Below are positions 7,033 to 15,222 of a stretch of 64,000 bases of DNA, in pieces (within the stretch, counting starts at the first letter, position 1; each line of letters begins with the position of its first letter). A model generated the notes under the pieces. That model had not been told where the DNA came from, did no database searches, and worked only from the letters and a program-made list of their open reading frames with translations. The stretch is from positions 1,015 to 65,014 of the forward strand of contig ONYW01000004.1 in assembly GCA_900322215.1 (NCBI GenBank). The letters are read 5' to 3'. The translations under genes were made by a program, and so were the position numbers. Origin of the DNA: an uncultured Eubacteriales bacterium. GTDB taxonomy: Bacteria > Bacillota > Clostridia > Christensenellales > CAG-917.

Positions 7033-8418
7033 ATGGCAGAACTAACAATGGAAAAAATTGTTGCGCTTGCAAAGAATCGCGGTTTTGTGTATCCGGGTAG
7101 CGAAATCTACGGCGGACTCTCAAACTCTTGGGACTTCGGTCCTCTCGGCGTGGCGCTCAAAAACAATATCAAAGCCGCGTGGTGGAAGAAATTCGTCGTT
7201 GAAAATCCTTACAACGTCGGCATTGACAGCGCTATCATCATGAACCCGACGACCTGGCAAGCGAGTGGACATATCGGCGGTTTTTCCGATCCGCTTATGG
7301 ACTGCAAAGTGTGCAGATCTCGTCACCGCGCGGACAACCTCATCGAAGACTATATGGCAAAGAAAGGCATAGAGGAAAACATCGCAGGTTGGACAAACGA
7401 GCAGATGGAAAAGTATATTCAAGACAACAAGATCCCCTGCCCTGTTTGCGGAAACAGCGACTTTACGGGCGTTAGAAAATTCAACCTCATGTTCAAGACG
7501 TTCATCGGCGTCACGGAGGACACGACTTCGACCGTCTATCTCCGCCCCGAAACGGCACAAGGTATCTTTGTCAACTTCAAGAACGTCCAACGCACCACAA
7601 GAAAGAAAATCCCGTTCGGCATCGGTCAAATAGGCAAGAGTTTCAGAAACGAAATCACCCCGGGCAACTTCATCTTCCGCATCCGCGAATTCGAGCAAAT
7701 GGAACTTGAATTTTTCTGCAAGCCGGGCACCGACCTCGAATGGTTCAATTATTGGAAGAACTACTGCCACAAATGGCTCCTCGACCTCGGCATGAGAGAC
7801 GACAGACTTCGCCTTCGCGACCACGAGCAAGAGGAACTCGCATTCTACTCCAAGGCGACGACGGACTTTGAATACAAATTCCCGTTCGGTTGGGGCGAAC
7901 TTTGGGGCGTCGCAGACCGCACGGACTATGACCTCAATCAACACATCAAGACGAGCGGAAAGGACCTCTCCTACCAAGACCCCGTCACAAACGAAAAGTA
8001 CGTGCCGTACGTCATCGAGCCGTCCCTCGGTGCTGACCGCGTGCTCCTCGCTTTCCTTTGCAACGCATACGACGAAGAGCAAGTCGGCGAAAACGACACG
8101 AGAGTCGTCCTCCACTTCCACCCTGCCCTCGCTCCTGTCAAGGTTGCCGTTCTTCCGCTTCAAAAGCAACTCAACGAGAAAGCGGAAGAAATCTATGCCG
8201 AACTCTGCAAGCACTTCGCTTGCGACTTCGACGGCTCAGCGTCCATCGGCAAGAGATACCGCCGTCAAGACGAGATCGGCACGCCGTTCTGCGTCACGGT
8301 CGACTTCGACTCACTTGAAGACGGTTGCGTGACAGTCCGCGAGCGCGATTCTATGGCGCAAGTGAGACTCCCGATCGACAGCCTCGTCTCCTACTTTGAA
8401 GAGCAACTCAAATTTTAA
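7033..8418 (+). CDS. glyQS: Glycine--tRNA ligase (homodimeric GlyQS type)
   Basis: Start moved to [28 protein letters not shown], with an AGGAGA RBS at 7021-7026. Class II motifs [25 protein letters not shown] and GADR. Confidence 0.92.
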   Translation: MAELTMEKIVALAKNRGFVYPGSEIYGGLSNSWDFGPLGVALKNNIKAAWWKKFVVENPYNVGIDSAIIMNPTTWQASGHIGGFSDPLMDCKVCRSRHRADNLIEDYMAKKGIEENIAGWTNEQMEKYIQDNKIPCPVCGNSDFTGVRKFNLMFKTFIGVTEDTTSTVYLRPETAQGIFVNFKNVQRTTRKKIPFGIGQIGKSFRNEITPGNFIFRIREFEQMELEFFCKPGTDLEWFNYWKNYCHKWLLDLGMRDDRLRLRDHEQEELAFYSKATTDFEYKFPFGWGELWGVADRTDYDLNQHIKTSGKDLSYQDPVTNEKYVPYVIEPSLGADRVLLAFLCNAYDEEQVGENDTRVVLHFHPALAPVKVAVLPLQKQLNEKAEEIYAELCKHFACDFDGSASIGKRYRRQDEIGTPFCVTVDFDSLEDGCVTVRERDSMAQVRLPIDSLVSYFEEQLKF

Positions 8419-8460
8419 TTTGCAAAATTGATTTTCCAATAAAACAAAATAAGCATCAAA

Positions 8461-8490
8461 AAACCGCTCGTCTCGAGCGGTTTTCTTTTT
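8461..8490 (+). terminator. Intrinsic terminator after glyQS
   Basis: AAACCGCTCG-tctc-GAGCGGTTT followed by TCTTTTT. Confidence 0.75.
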
Positions 8491-8555
8491 GCAAAATTTT
8501 TCTACCGTTACAGGCTATTTTTTGTTTTTGCTTTTGCGGTTTTTGACTTGCGCAC

Positions 8556-9194
8556 TCAGTCTATATTGTTTATCTTCATGCTGAGGAGCGCGAGGTTGGC
8601 GGCAAGATCCTCCGTCTTTATCTCTATATCACTCGGAATATTCAAGTGGACGGGGGCGAAGTTCCAAATCGCCTTTATTCCCGCTTTCACCATAACGTCG
8701 GCGACTTCCTGCGCCGCTTTTGAAGGAACGGTGATAATGCCGAGGCGGATTTTGTAGCGCTTTACGACGCCTTCGAGTTCGTCGATATGCTGAACGAGTT
8801 TGCCGTTGACTTCGCTTCCTACGATTTGCGGGTTTACGTCAAACGCCGCGGCGATGTTGAGCCCGTAGTGTTCAAATCCTTTGTAGCCGAGGAACGCGCT
8901 TCCGAGCCCGCCGACCCCGACGAGCACCGCGTCGTGCGTGTTGTCATAGCCGAGAAAACTCTCGAGGTCTACGATGAGTTCCTTCGTCACATACCCGGTC
9001 TTCGGCTTGCCCGCGACGGAGGACGCGACTGCTATGTCCTTTCGCACCTGCACGGGGTTCAAGTTGAGCCCGCCCGCGATAAGTGTGGAAGATACGGTTT
9101 TTACGCCCATTTTGTCGAGTTGGTAAAGATATTTGAGATATAGCGGCAAGCGGTTGAGCGTCGCCTTTGAAACTTCTATGTTGTCCTTGTTCAT
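8556..9194 (-). CDS. rex: Redox-sensing transcriptional repressor Rex
   Basis: ATLNRLPLYLKYL winged-helix N-terminus and a Rossmann GVGGLGSAFLGY. Confidence 0.9.
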   Translation of the reverse strand: MNKDNIEVSKATLNRLPLYLKYLYQLDKMGVKTVSSTLIAGGLNLNPVQVRKDIAVASSVAGKPKTGYVTKELIVDLESFLGYDNTHDAVLVGVGGLGSAFLGYKGFEHYGLNIAAAFDVNPQIVGSEVNGKLVQHIDELEGVVKRYKIRLGIITVPSKAAQEVADVMVKAGIKAIWNFAPVHLNIPSDIEIKTEDLAANLALLSMKINNID

Positions 9195-9315
9195 AACAAA
9201 ACTTCCTTGTTTTTATCGATAAAAATTGTACAAAAAAGTCTAAATATTGTCAATAGTTTCCACAAAAACCTCGCTATATCAATAAAAATTTAGCATTTCT
9301 TCCCTTTTTTCGCAA

Positions 9316-9347
9316 ACAAAAACGCCAAACGATAGTCAGTTTGGCGC
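9316..9347 (-). terminator. Intrinsic terminator ending the SCIFF/PPase-like transcription unit
   Basis: In minus sense, CGCCAAAC-tgactatc-GTTTGGCG followed by TTTTTG. Confidence 0.65.
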
Positions 9348-9370
9348 TCAAATTCAAGTTTTTCGATAAA

Positions 9371-9751
9371 TCACATGATGACTGTGCCGTCGTGGAAGCG
9401 CTCTTGAAAGGCGATTTGCGCTGTTACGTCGCTCTCCGTGTGTTTTGCGCCCGTGAACGAGGCAACCCACTTGCACTCGTTGTCGTCAAAGCGGTGTACG
9501 ACCGCGATTATCGTCGCTTCGCACTTTTGGACGGGAACGTCCAGGTCAAGCACGTACACGTCCTGCTCCTCTCCGTCTCCGCCGAGAAACCCCTCGATAT
9601 AGCCGTAGTTGATGGGATACAACACTCCGGGGTGCTTTGGATGCTCCGCGCCTATCGGTCTGTCCATGACGACTTCGACTTTTCTTCCTATGAGGGATTT
9701 ATATTCGGATTTTAGGTCTTCTGTGAGTGGTGTATACATTTTATTCTTCAA
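9371..9751 (-). CDS. Short inorganic-pyrophosphatase-family protein
   Basis: LYPINYGYIEGFLGGDGEEQDVYVL matches the family I PPase YPxNYGxIPxTxxxDGDPxDVxVL block. Only 126 aa. It overlaps the 3-prime end of scfB by 11 nt. Confidence 0.6.
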   Translation of the reverse strand: MKNKMYTPLTEDLKSEYKSLIGRKVEVVMDRPIGAEHPKHPGVLYPINYGYIEGFLGGDGEEQDVYVLDLDVPVQKCEATIIAVVHRFDDNECKWVASFTGAKHTESDVTAQIAFQERFHDGTVIM

Positions 9752-11123
9752 AACTTGCGCCCTGCTCGTCGACTCTGAGCATAATAGCGCACTCGATACG
9801 CTTTTTGAAGAGGTCGCAACCGTATGGATATACGCCGTTTATATCGCCCGTCGCGTTGTAGGCGTTCGCGGCGCACCCGCCCGAGCAATAGAGCCTTGCC
9901 CAGCATTCTTCGCACTCTTTTCTCGAATATGCGTTGCACTTTTTGAACTTGTCACGTATGTCCGTTCTCTTGACGCCGTTCCAAATGTCGCCCATGAGGT
10001 AGTCGGGGTTGCCGACAAATTGGTGGCAGGGGTAGAGTTCCCCGGTCGGCGTGACCGCCATATACTCGGTTCCGCTTCCGCACCCGGATATGCGTTTGTA
10101 GATGCAGGGACCGCCCTCGAGGTCGAGCATATAGTGATAGAAGGTGAACGGCTTGCCTGCTTTTCTCCTCTCTATCATCATATTCGCGAGTTTTTCGTAC
10201 TCTCCGAAGATGATTTGCTTGTCATTCTCGTCAAGCGCGTATTTGTCCGTCGGCGGACAGACGACAGGCTCCATGGAAAGTTCGTTGAATCCGAGGTCGA
10301 GCATCGTCTGAATATCGTTTGTAAAGTCGGGGTTGTTGTGCGTGAAAGTGCCGCGCATATAATACTTTTCGCCGTTTCTGGCTTTGACGAGTTTTTGAAA
10401 CTTCGGCACGATGATGTCAAAACTCCCGACTCCTCCCGCCGTCTTGCGGAAGTGATCGTTGACTTTCTTTCTTCCATCTAAGCTCAAAACTACGTTGTCC
10501 ATCTCGCGATTTGCAAAGTCGATGACGTCGTCATCGATGAGCATGCCGTTTGTCGTGAGCGTAAAACGGAAAAGTTTGTTATGCTCCTTTTCTATCGAGC
10601 GGGCATAGGCGACTATTTGCTTCACCACGTCAAAATTCATGAGCGGTTCGCCGCCAAAGAAGTCCACCTCGAGGTGATGCCTCGTCCCGCTGTTTTCGAC
10701 AAGAAAGTCTATTGCGCGCTTGCCGACTTCAAAGGACATAAGCGCACGCTCGCCGTGATATTTGCCTTGCGAAGCAAAACAATATTCGCAATTTAGGTTG
10801 CAGGTGTGCGCGACGTGCAAACATAGCGCTTTGACAACCGTGTTTCTCTTGGCTATTGCGTCCACGGACGGCTTGAACTTGTCCTCGGAGAAGAGTTTGC
10901 CCTCGCTTTTCAGTTCTTCCACGTCGGCTATGCAGTCAAAAACGTCCTGCTTTGTCAAATTGTCGTCCTTATACTTGGCGACAAGTTCGTCCGCTATCTC
11001 GCCCGGTGTCTTGTTTCCGTACAAAGAAATGACGTCATAGGCGACGTCGTCGACGGCGTGCACGGAGGCGCTTGCCGTGTCGAGCACGATATTGTATCCG
11101 TTAAGTTTGTATTGATGAATCAT
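9741..11123 (-). CDS. scfB: SCIFF radical-SAM maturase (SPASM-domain ranthipeptide synthase)
   Basis: CNLNCEYC radical-SAM cluster motif. Cys-rich C-terminal SPASM region (CGSGTEY...CHQF...CxxCWARLYCSGGC). Lies directly downstream of a SCIFF precursor. Confidence 0.9.
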   Translation of the reverse strand: MIHQYKLNGYNIVLDTASASVHAVDDVAYDVISLYGNKTPGEIADELVAKYKDDNLTKQDVFDCIADVEELKSEGKLFSEDKFKPSVDAIAKRNTVVKALCLHVAHTCNLNCEYCFASQGKYHGERALMSFEVGKRAIDFLVENSGTRHHLEVDFFGGEPLMNFDVVKQIVAYARSIEKEHNKLFRFTLTTNGMLIDDDVIDFANREMDNVVLSLDGRKKVNDHFRKTAGGVGSFDIIVPKFQKLVKARNGEKYYMRGTFTHNNPDFTNDIQTMLDLGFNELSMEPVVCPPTDKYALDENDKQIIFGEYEKLANMMIERRKAGKPFTFYHYMLDLEGGPCIYKRISGCGSGTEYMAVTPTGELYPCHQFVGNPDYLMGDIWNGVKRTDIRDKFKKCNAYSRKECEECWARLYCSGGCAANAYNATGDINGVYPYGCDLFKKRIECAIMLRVDEQGASFEE

Positions 11124-11134
11124 AAAGCCTACTC

Positions 11135-11162
11135 ACAAAAAACGCCTAGAATAATCTAGGCG
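11135..11162 (-). terminator. Hairpin plus T-run between the SCIFF precursor and its maturase (candidate attenuator)
   Basis: In minus sense, CGCCTAGA-ttat-TCTAGGCG followed by TTTTTTG. Confidence 0.6.
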
Positions 11163-11189
11163 ATTCTTGTTAATGAATTTTCAAAAAAG

Positions 11190-11336
11190 TTATTTTGATA
11201 CTTTCTCGCACTTTTGATTTGCTACGCCGCAAGAAGTCTTGCAAGCGGATTGGCAGGAAGTTTGGCATTCGCCGCAACCGCCGTTCTTTTTGCTCTCATC
11301 AAGGTCACGAGTTTTCAAGGTAACGATTCTTTTCAT
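11190..11336 (-). CDS. scfA: SCIFF (six-cysteines-in-forty-five) ranthipeptide precursor
   Basis: Not in the ORF track (48 aa). My translation is MKRIVTLKTRDLDESKKNGGCGECQTSCQSACKTSCGVANQKCEKVSK, which carries the family hallmark GGCGECQTSCQSACKTSC. Confidence 0.9.
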   Translation of the reverse strand: MKRIVTLKTRDLDESKKNGGCGECQTSCQSACKTSCGVANQKCEKVSK

Positions 11337-11421
11337 AGTGTTGCTCCTTAAAATCATATTTTATGTATTTATTATAAGAACAAAAGCCGTCTTTGTCAAC
11401 CTGAAAAGCGCAAAACTTTGT

Positions 11422-12915
11422 TCAATCTTTGACGACGAAGATTCTGTCGGGAAAATCTCTCATACTACTCGACAAATTGACTCCGCACCTCAAAAGTTCA
11501 ACGAGGAGTTCCGCCGTGTCCTTGGACATAATCTCCCCTTTGACAAGGATAGGCGCGCCGGGCGGATACGCCCATACGTTCTCAGCGGACACTCGTCCGA
11601 TAGAGTCCAGCATATTCACAGGTTCGACTGATAAACAGTCGATTTGGTATGGATTAAACGCTTTTTGTGGCAAAAACGCAAAGTTCGCCCTCGTCATGCG
11701 TCTACCGCTTGCACCGCTCGGTTTTGCGCTTTTGTCGATTTCGCCGACGGCGGCTAAAAGCGCGGAATACATCTCCTTTGTGTCGCCCGCGCCCGTCATG
11801 GCGATAGCATAATCTCTGCTTGCCATTTCAAGTTCTATGCCGTACGGCTGTCTCAGTTTGTCCGAAAACTCCACACCGGTTAAAGACGAGTCGCCAAGCA
11901 AAAACACAAGTTTTGTCTCGTCTATTCCAAACACGCGCGCGCTGTCTTCCGCGCTCAAAATCTCACGGCTCAACAATTTGACGTTGTCGAAGCGAGAAAG
12001 TTCGTCGCGAAGAGCAAAGACTCGCATCGCCCACTTGTAGAGCATTTCGGGATTATGCCGTGTATATCTCACGCATTCGTCTATCGAGGACATAAGCACG
12101 TAGGACGGCGAACTCGTCTCGAATATTGCAAGGGACTCTTCGAGTCTTCTGATATCGACTTTGTCACTGCACACGTGAATAACTGCCGTCTGCGTGAGAC
12201 TTGGCATCGTCTTGTGCAGGCTGTTGACAACGAGGTCCGCGCCCTGCTCTCTCGCGCTTCCCGCAAAGTGAGAGTCAAGCCCCAAGTGTGCGCCGTGCGC
12301 CTCGTCCACAAAGAGCGTCGCTCCGTGTGCGTGACATACGCTTGATATAGCCTTTACGTCCGAGAGGATCCCCTCATAAGTCGGGCTCGTGATGACGACG
12401 AGTTTTGCGCCCGTAGTCTTCAACAGTTCCTCGACGGCATTCGGGCTTACGGAAGCGTATATGCCGTATTTTTCGAGATACTGCGGCAGGACGTATTCGG
12501 GAACGAGCCCCAACACCTCGACCGCGTTTATGACGGATTTGTGACAGTTCCTCGCAACGATGACTTTGTCTCCTCGCCGTGCGAGCGTGCGCATGCCTGC
12601 AAAAATACCGCAAGTGCTGCCGTTCACGAGAAAGCGGGTTTCTTTTGTTTTGTACACATCCGCGGCATATTCCATTGCGGCTTTTAGCACACCGCGAGCG
12701 TCGTGCAAATTGTCCGTCCCTTCTATCTCGGTCACGTCGATTCTCTCAACGCCCGACAGATAGCCGAACTTGCCGTTTCGCTTGTGCCCCGGCATGTGGA
12801 ACGGGATTTTGTCGTTTGTTTGCAATACGGAAAGAAGAGAGACTTCGTCTCCTTGAAATTCGTTCACGCTTTTTGTGTAGCCGTTTGCCAATTTGTCGTC
12901 AAAATCCTTGCTCAT
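11422..12915 (-). CDS. Orn/Lys/Arg decarboxylase-family PLP enzyme
   Basis: Start set at MSKDFDD (cat at 12913-12915) to avoid overlap with the divergent gene. FHMPGHKRN, LHKTMPSLTQTA (PLP lysine region) and a fold-type I pattern. Confidence 0.8.
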   Translation of the reverse strand: MSKDFDDKLANGYTKSVNEFQGDEVSLLSVLQTNDKIPFHMPGHKRNGKFGYLSGVERIDVTEIEGTDNLHDARGVLKAAMEYAADVYKTKETRFLVNGSTCGIFAGMRTLARRGDKVIVARNCHKSVINAVEVLGLVPEYVLPQYLEKYGIYASVSPNAVEELLKTTGAKLVVITSPTYEGILSDVKAISSVCHAHGATLFVDEAHGAHLGLDSHFAGSAREQGADLVVNSLHKTMPSLTQTAVIHVCSDKVDIRRLEESLAIFETSSPSYVLMSSIDECVRYTRHNPEMLYKWAMRVFALRDELSRFDNVKLLSREILSAEDSARVFGIDETKLVFLLGDSSLTGVEFSDKLRQPYGIELEMASRDYAIAMTGAGDTKEMYSALLAAVGEIDKSAKPSGASGRRMTRANFAFLPQKAFNPYQIDCLSVEPVNMLDSIGRVSAENVWAYPPGAPILVKGEIMSKDTAELLVELLRCGVNLSSSMRDFPDRIFVVKD

Positions 12916-13006
12916 AATTTGATTATACCATACTTTTTCAAATTTGGTATGGAAATATACGATTTCTATGGTATAATATAAATACCTTATTCGGAGATAT
13001 GAGAAA

Positions 13007-13882
13007 ATGAAATCCTGTCTCAAAACCGTTTCCATAATACTCGCGCTCGCGCTTATGCTTGCTTGTGGCATGCTTTTCCTTTCCTCATGCGACAAAAAGG
13101 AGAATAGCGTACCGCGCGTGGACTATGCGCGGATCAACGACTATGCGGTCAAAACGGAGACCGCGACGTATCAAGACGAAATGTTTACGGCAAAGTTGTA
13201 CTACCCCGAGAACGTAGAGGCGGAATACGGCGTACTCTTCTTTGTCGGCACGATTATCGCCCCCGAATACTACGACTACCTCGGCAACGCGCTTGCAAAA
13301 CAGGGCTATGTCGTAGCGATCCCGTCCGCTCCCTTTGCATACTTTGAATACGAAACAAAGTCCCGCCCTATCGCGGACGCAGTGAGAGACAAGTTTGCCA
13401 ACATAAAATTCTTTGTCGGCGGACACTCGCAGGGCGGAGGCGCCGCTATGCGTTTTGCCTGCGAAGAGATAGACAGCGTTCAAGGCGCGATCTTCCTTGC
13501 TCCGCTCACCTTCGGTGCGAGAGAGTCGACGGAAGAGGAATATGAGGCTTTGCACGAGGCGCACCCCGAATGGTTCAACGTGAACAACGACGGAAGCATT
13601 TCAAGAACGGACACTTTGAAAAACGTAGACCTTCCGACCCTGCTTCTCGAAGCGGACGGCGACAAGATATTGTCCGATGCGGACAAAAACAACGCACGCG
13701 CAAAAATGCCTAAAAACGTTCAACGCCATTTGCTCGCACACGCATGCCACATGGGCTTCTCCACGTCGGAAATGTCGCTTGCGGGAGACGGAGCGGACAT
13801 GAGCGAAGAGGACAAGGAAAATCAAAGATTCCTCACCGCATCATACGTGCTTGACTTCTTGCAAATCACAGTCTGCGCCTGA
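13007..13882 (+). CDS. Alpha/beta-hydrolase lipoprotein
   Basis: Lipobox FLSSC-DKK and nucleophile elbow GGHSQGG. Dienelactone hydrolase / chlorophyllase-like layout. Confidence 0.7.
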   Translation: MKSCLKTVSIILALALMLACGMLFLSSCDKKENSVPRVDYARINDYAVKTETATYQDEMFTAKLYYPENVEAEYGVLFFVGTIIAPEYYDYLGNALAKQGYVVAIPSAPFAYFEYETKSRPIADAVRDKFANIKFFVGGHSQGGGAAMRFACEEIDSVQGAIFLAPLTFGARESTEEEYEALHEAHPEWFNVNNDGSISRTDTLKNVDLPTLLLEADGDKILSDADKNNARAKMPKNVQRHLLAHACHMGFSTSEMSLAGDGADMSEEDKENQRFLTASYVLDFLQITVCA

Positions 13883-13896
13883 TGCGTCGCAGGTGG

Positions 13897-13978
13897 AATT
13901 CTCCTGCGGAGAGTGATATTCCCTGCGAGAGTTATATTCACCTGTCGGTGAGTGATATTCACGGCAAGCCGTGAGTTG
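13897..13978 (+). repeat. Array of four roughly 20-nt units: TGATATT linker plus a variable short hairpin
   Basis: TTCTCC-tgc-GGAGAG TGATA TTCCCtgcGAGAG TTATA TTCACC-tgtc-GGTGAG TGATA TTCACGGC-aa-GCCGTGAG. Lies in the 3-prime UTR before the terminator. Confidence 0.6.
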
Positions 13979-13994
13979 CGGAAAAGAAGAAAAT

Positions 13995-14025
13995 AGCCTT
14001 CCAAAACGGAAGGCTTTATTTTTAA
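13995..14025 (+). terminator. Intrinsic terminator after the hydrolase gene
   Basis: AGCCTTCC-aaaac-GGAAGGCT followed by TTATTTTT. Confidence 0.75.
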
Positions 14026-14108
14026 TTGTTGAAATCTGTCGCTATGACGTGCGTTGAGCCGAAACACTAGCGGGCACACGCAGTAATATCAAACACACGA
14101 AGTGTGCG

Positions 14109-15083
14109 TCAGTCGAAGTTTACGAGGACTTTGTTGAACTTGTGCGGATATTTGACGCATTCGTCGACGAACTTCGGGAAGTCGTCAAAATCTATCTCGT
14201 GGTTGATAAGCCCCTCCGTGTGGATGACTTTGTTTGCGAGCAAGTTGATAGCGGACGACATTTCGCCGTCGCCGTTGCAAACGCCGTGCATGACGAGTTG
14301 CTTTTTGAGGATTATATCCGTATCGACAGGCTGTTTTGCCTTCAAGATATAGCCGGCGAGAATGATTTGTCCCTCGTTTTTCACAAGGCGGAGCGCGGTG
14401 TTGAGAGGCACGCTCTCTCCCGCGATAATTGCGACTTCGCTCATTCTGCCGCCCGTAATTTGTCCCACCTTACGCTCCAAATCGTCGTAGGTCGGATTGA
14501 GAGTATAATAGATGTCCCACTTTGCGGCGAGTTCGAGTTTTTCCGCGTCCATATCGACGAGGATCGGCACCATCTGGTAGTAGGTTGCGAGTTGACCGAG
14601 AATAAGTCCCAAAGTGCTTGCTCCGACGATAACTATATAGTCGCCCTTTTCGCACTCGATAGACTCGAACACCTTGTTGCCCATCGCAATATATTCGGCA
14701 AAAACCGCCTCTTCGTCAGTGATACCGTCAGGCAGTGCGAACACGTTCTCTTGAGGGACGCAGGCAAAATCCTGAAGCAAGCCGTCCACTTCGACGCCCA
14801 TAGTCTTGATGACCTCCGCACCGTGTTCCGTGACGTTTAAGTACGGGCTGAGAACGACGCGTGAACCGAGTTTCAACCCGCTGTCCTCGTCGGATTCGCT
14901 GACGTGCGCGACGGCTGAATGTCCCGGAATATAAAAAGTATGCTTTTCATCCGCGAAAAAAGCGAGGTCCGTCGAGGACATAGCCACCTTCGCAAGTTTG
15001 ACCTTGACTTCGCCGGGCTTCCTCTGCAAAACGGACTCATCCATTTTCACGTCTTTCAAATTTTCAATTCGCCATGCTTTCAT
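14109..15083 (-). CDS. MDR-superfamily (zinc-type alcohol dehydrogenase-like) oxidoreductase
   Basis: GroES-like N-domain plus Rossmann IVGASTLGLILGQLA. Canonical catalytic Zn Cys/His ligands are not obvious. Confidence 0.65.
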   Translation of the reverse strand: MKAWRIENLKDVKMDESVLQRKPGEVKVKLAKVAMSSTDLAFFADEKHTFYIPGHSAVAHVSESDEDSGLKLGSRVVLSPYLNVTEHGAEVIKTMGVEVDGLLQDFACVPQENVFALPDGITDEEAVFAEYIAMGNKVFESIECEKGDYIVIVGASTLGLILGQLATYYQMVPILVDMDAEKLELAAKWDIYYTLNPTYDDLERKVGQITGGRMSEVAIIAGESVPLNTALRLVKNEGQIILAGYILKAKQPVDTDIILKKQLVMHGVCNGDGEMSSAINLLANKVIHTEGLINHEIDFDDFPKFVDECVKYPHKFNKVLVNFD

Positions 15084-15222
15084 AGTTTTCCCTTTGGCAC
15101 TGTTGCCTGTATTATTCTATCACTCTTAGAGATTTATTGCAACCTTAATTGTTGGACATCTGCAAAAAAGCATACTGTTTTGAGGATTAAGCGCAATATC
15201 CGTACACTTGTGTCAACAACTG

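Noticed and set aside
7120-8214. 364-aa minus-strand ORF
   Set aside because: Antisense to glyQS, which carries clear class II aaRS motifs. No independent signals.
9195-9300. Looked for a Rex operator (TTGTGAA-n6-TTCACAA) upstream of rex, and also upstream of rnfC (31216-31300)
   Set aside because: No convincing match to the inverted repeat was seen in either promoter region.
11239-11631. 130-aa plus-strand ORF across the SCIFF region
   Set aside because: It overlaps the SCIFF precursor and the decarboxylase 3-prime end on the opposite strand. The minus-strand peptide matches a well-defined family, whereas this ORF has no features.
13897-13978. Hairpin arrays considered as mini-CRISPR arrays
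   Set aside because: The constant part is only about 7-8 nt and the variable parts are 11-16-nt palindromes. No cas genes are present. The geometry is incompatible with CRISPR repeats of 24-48 nt.
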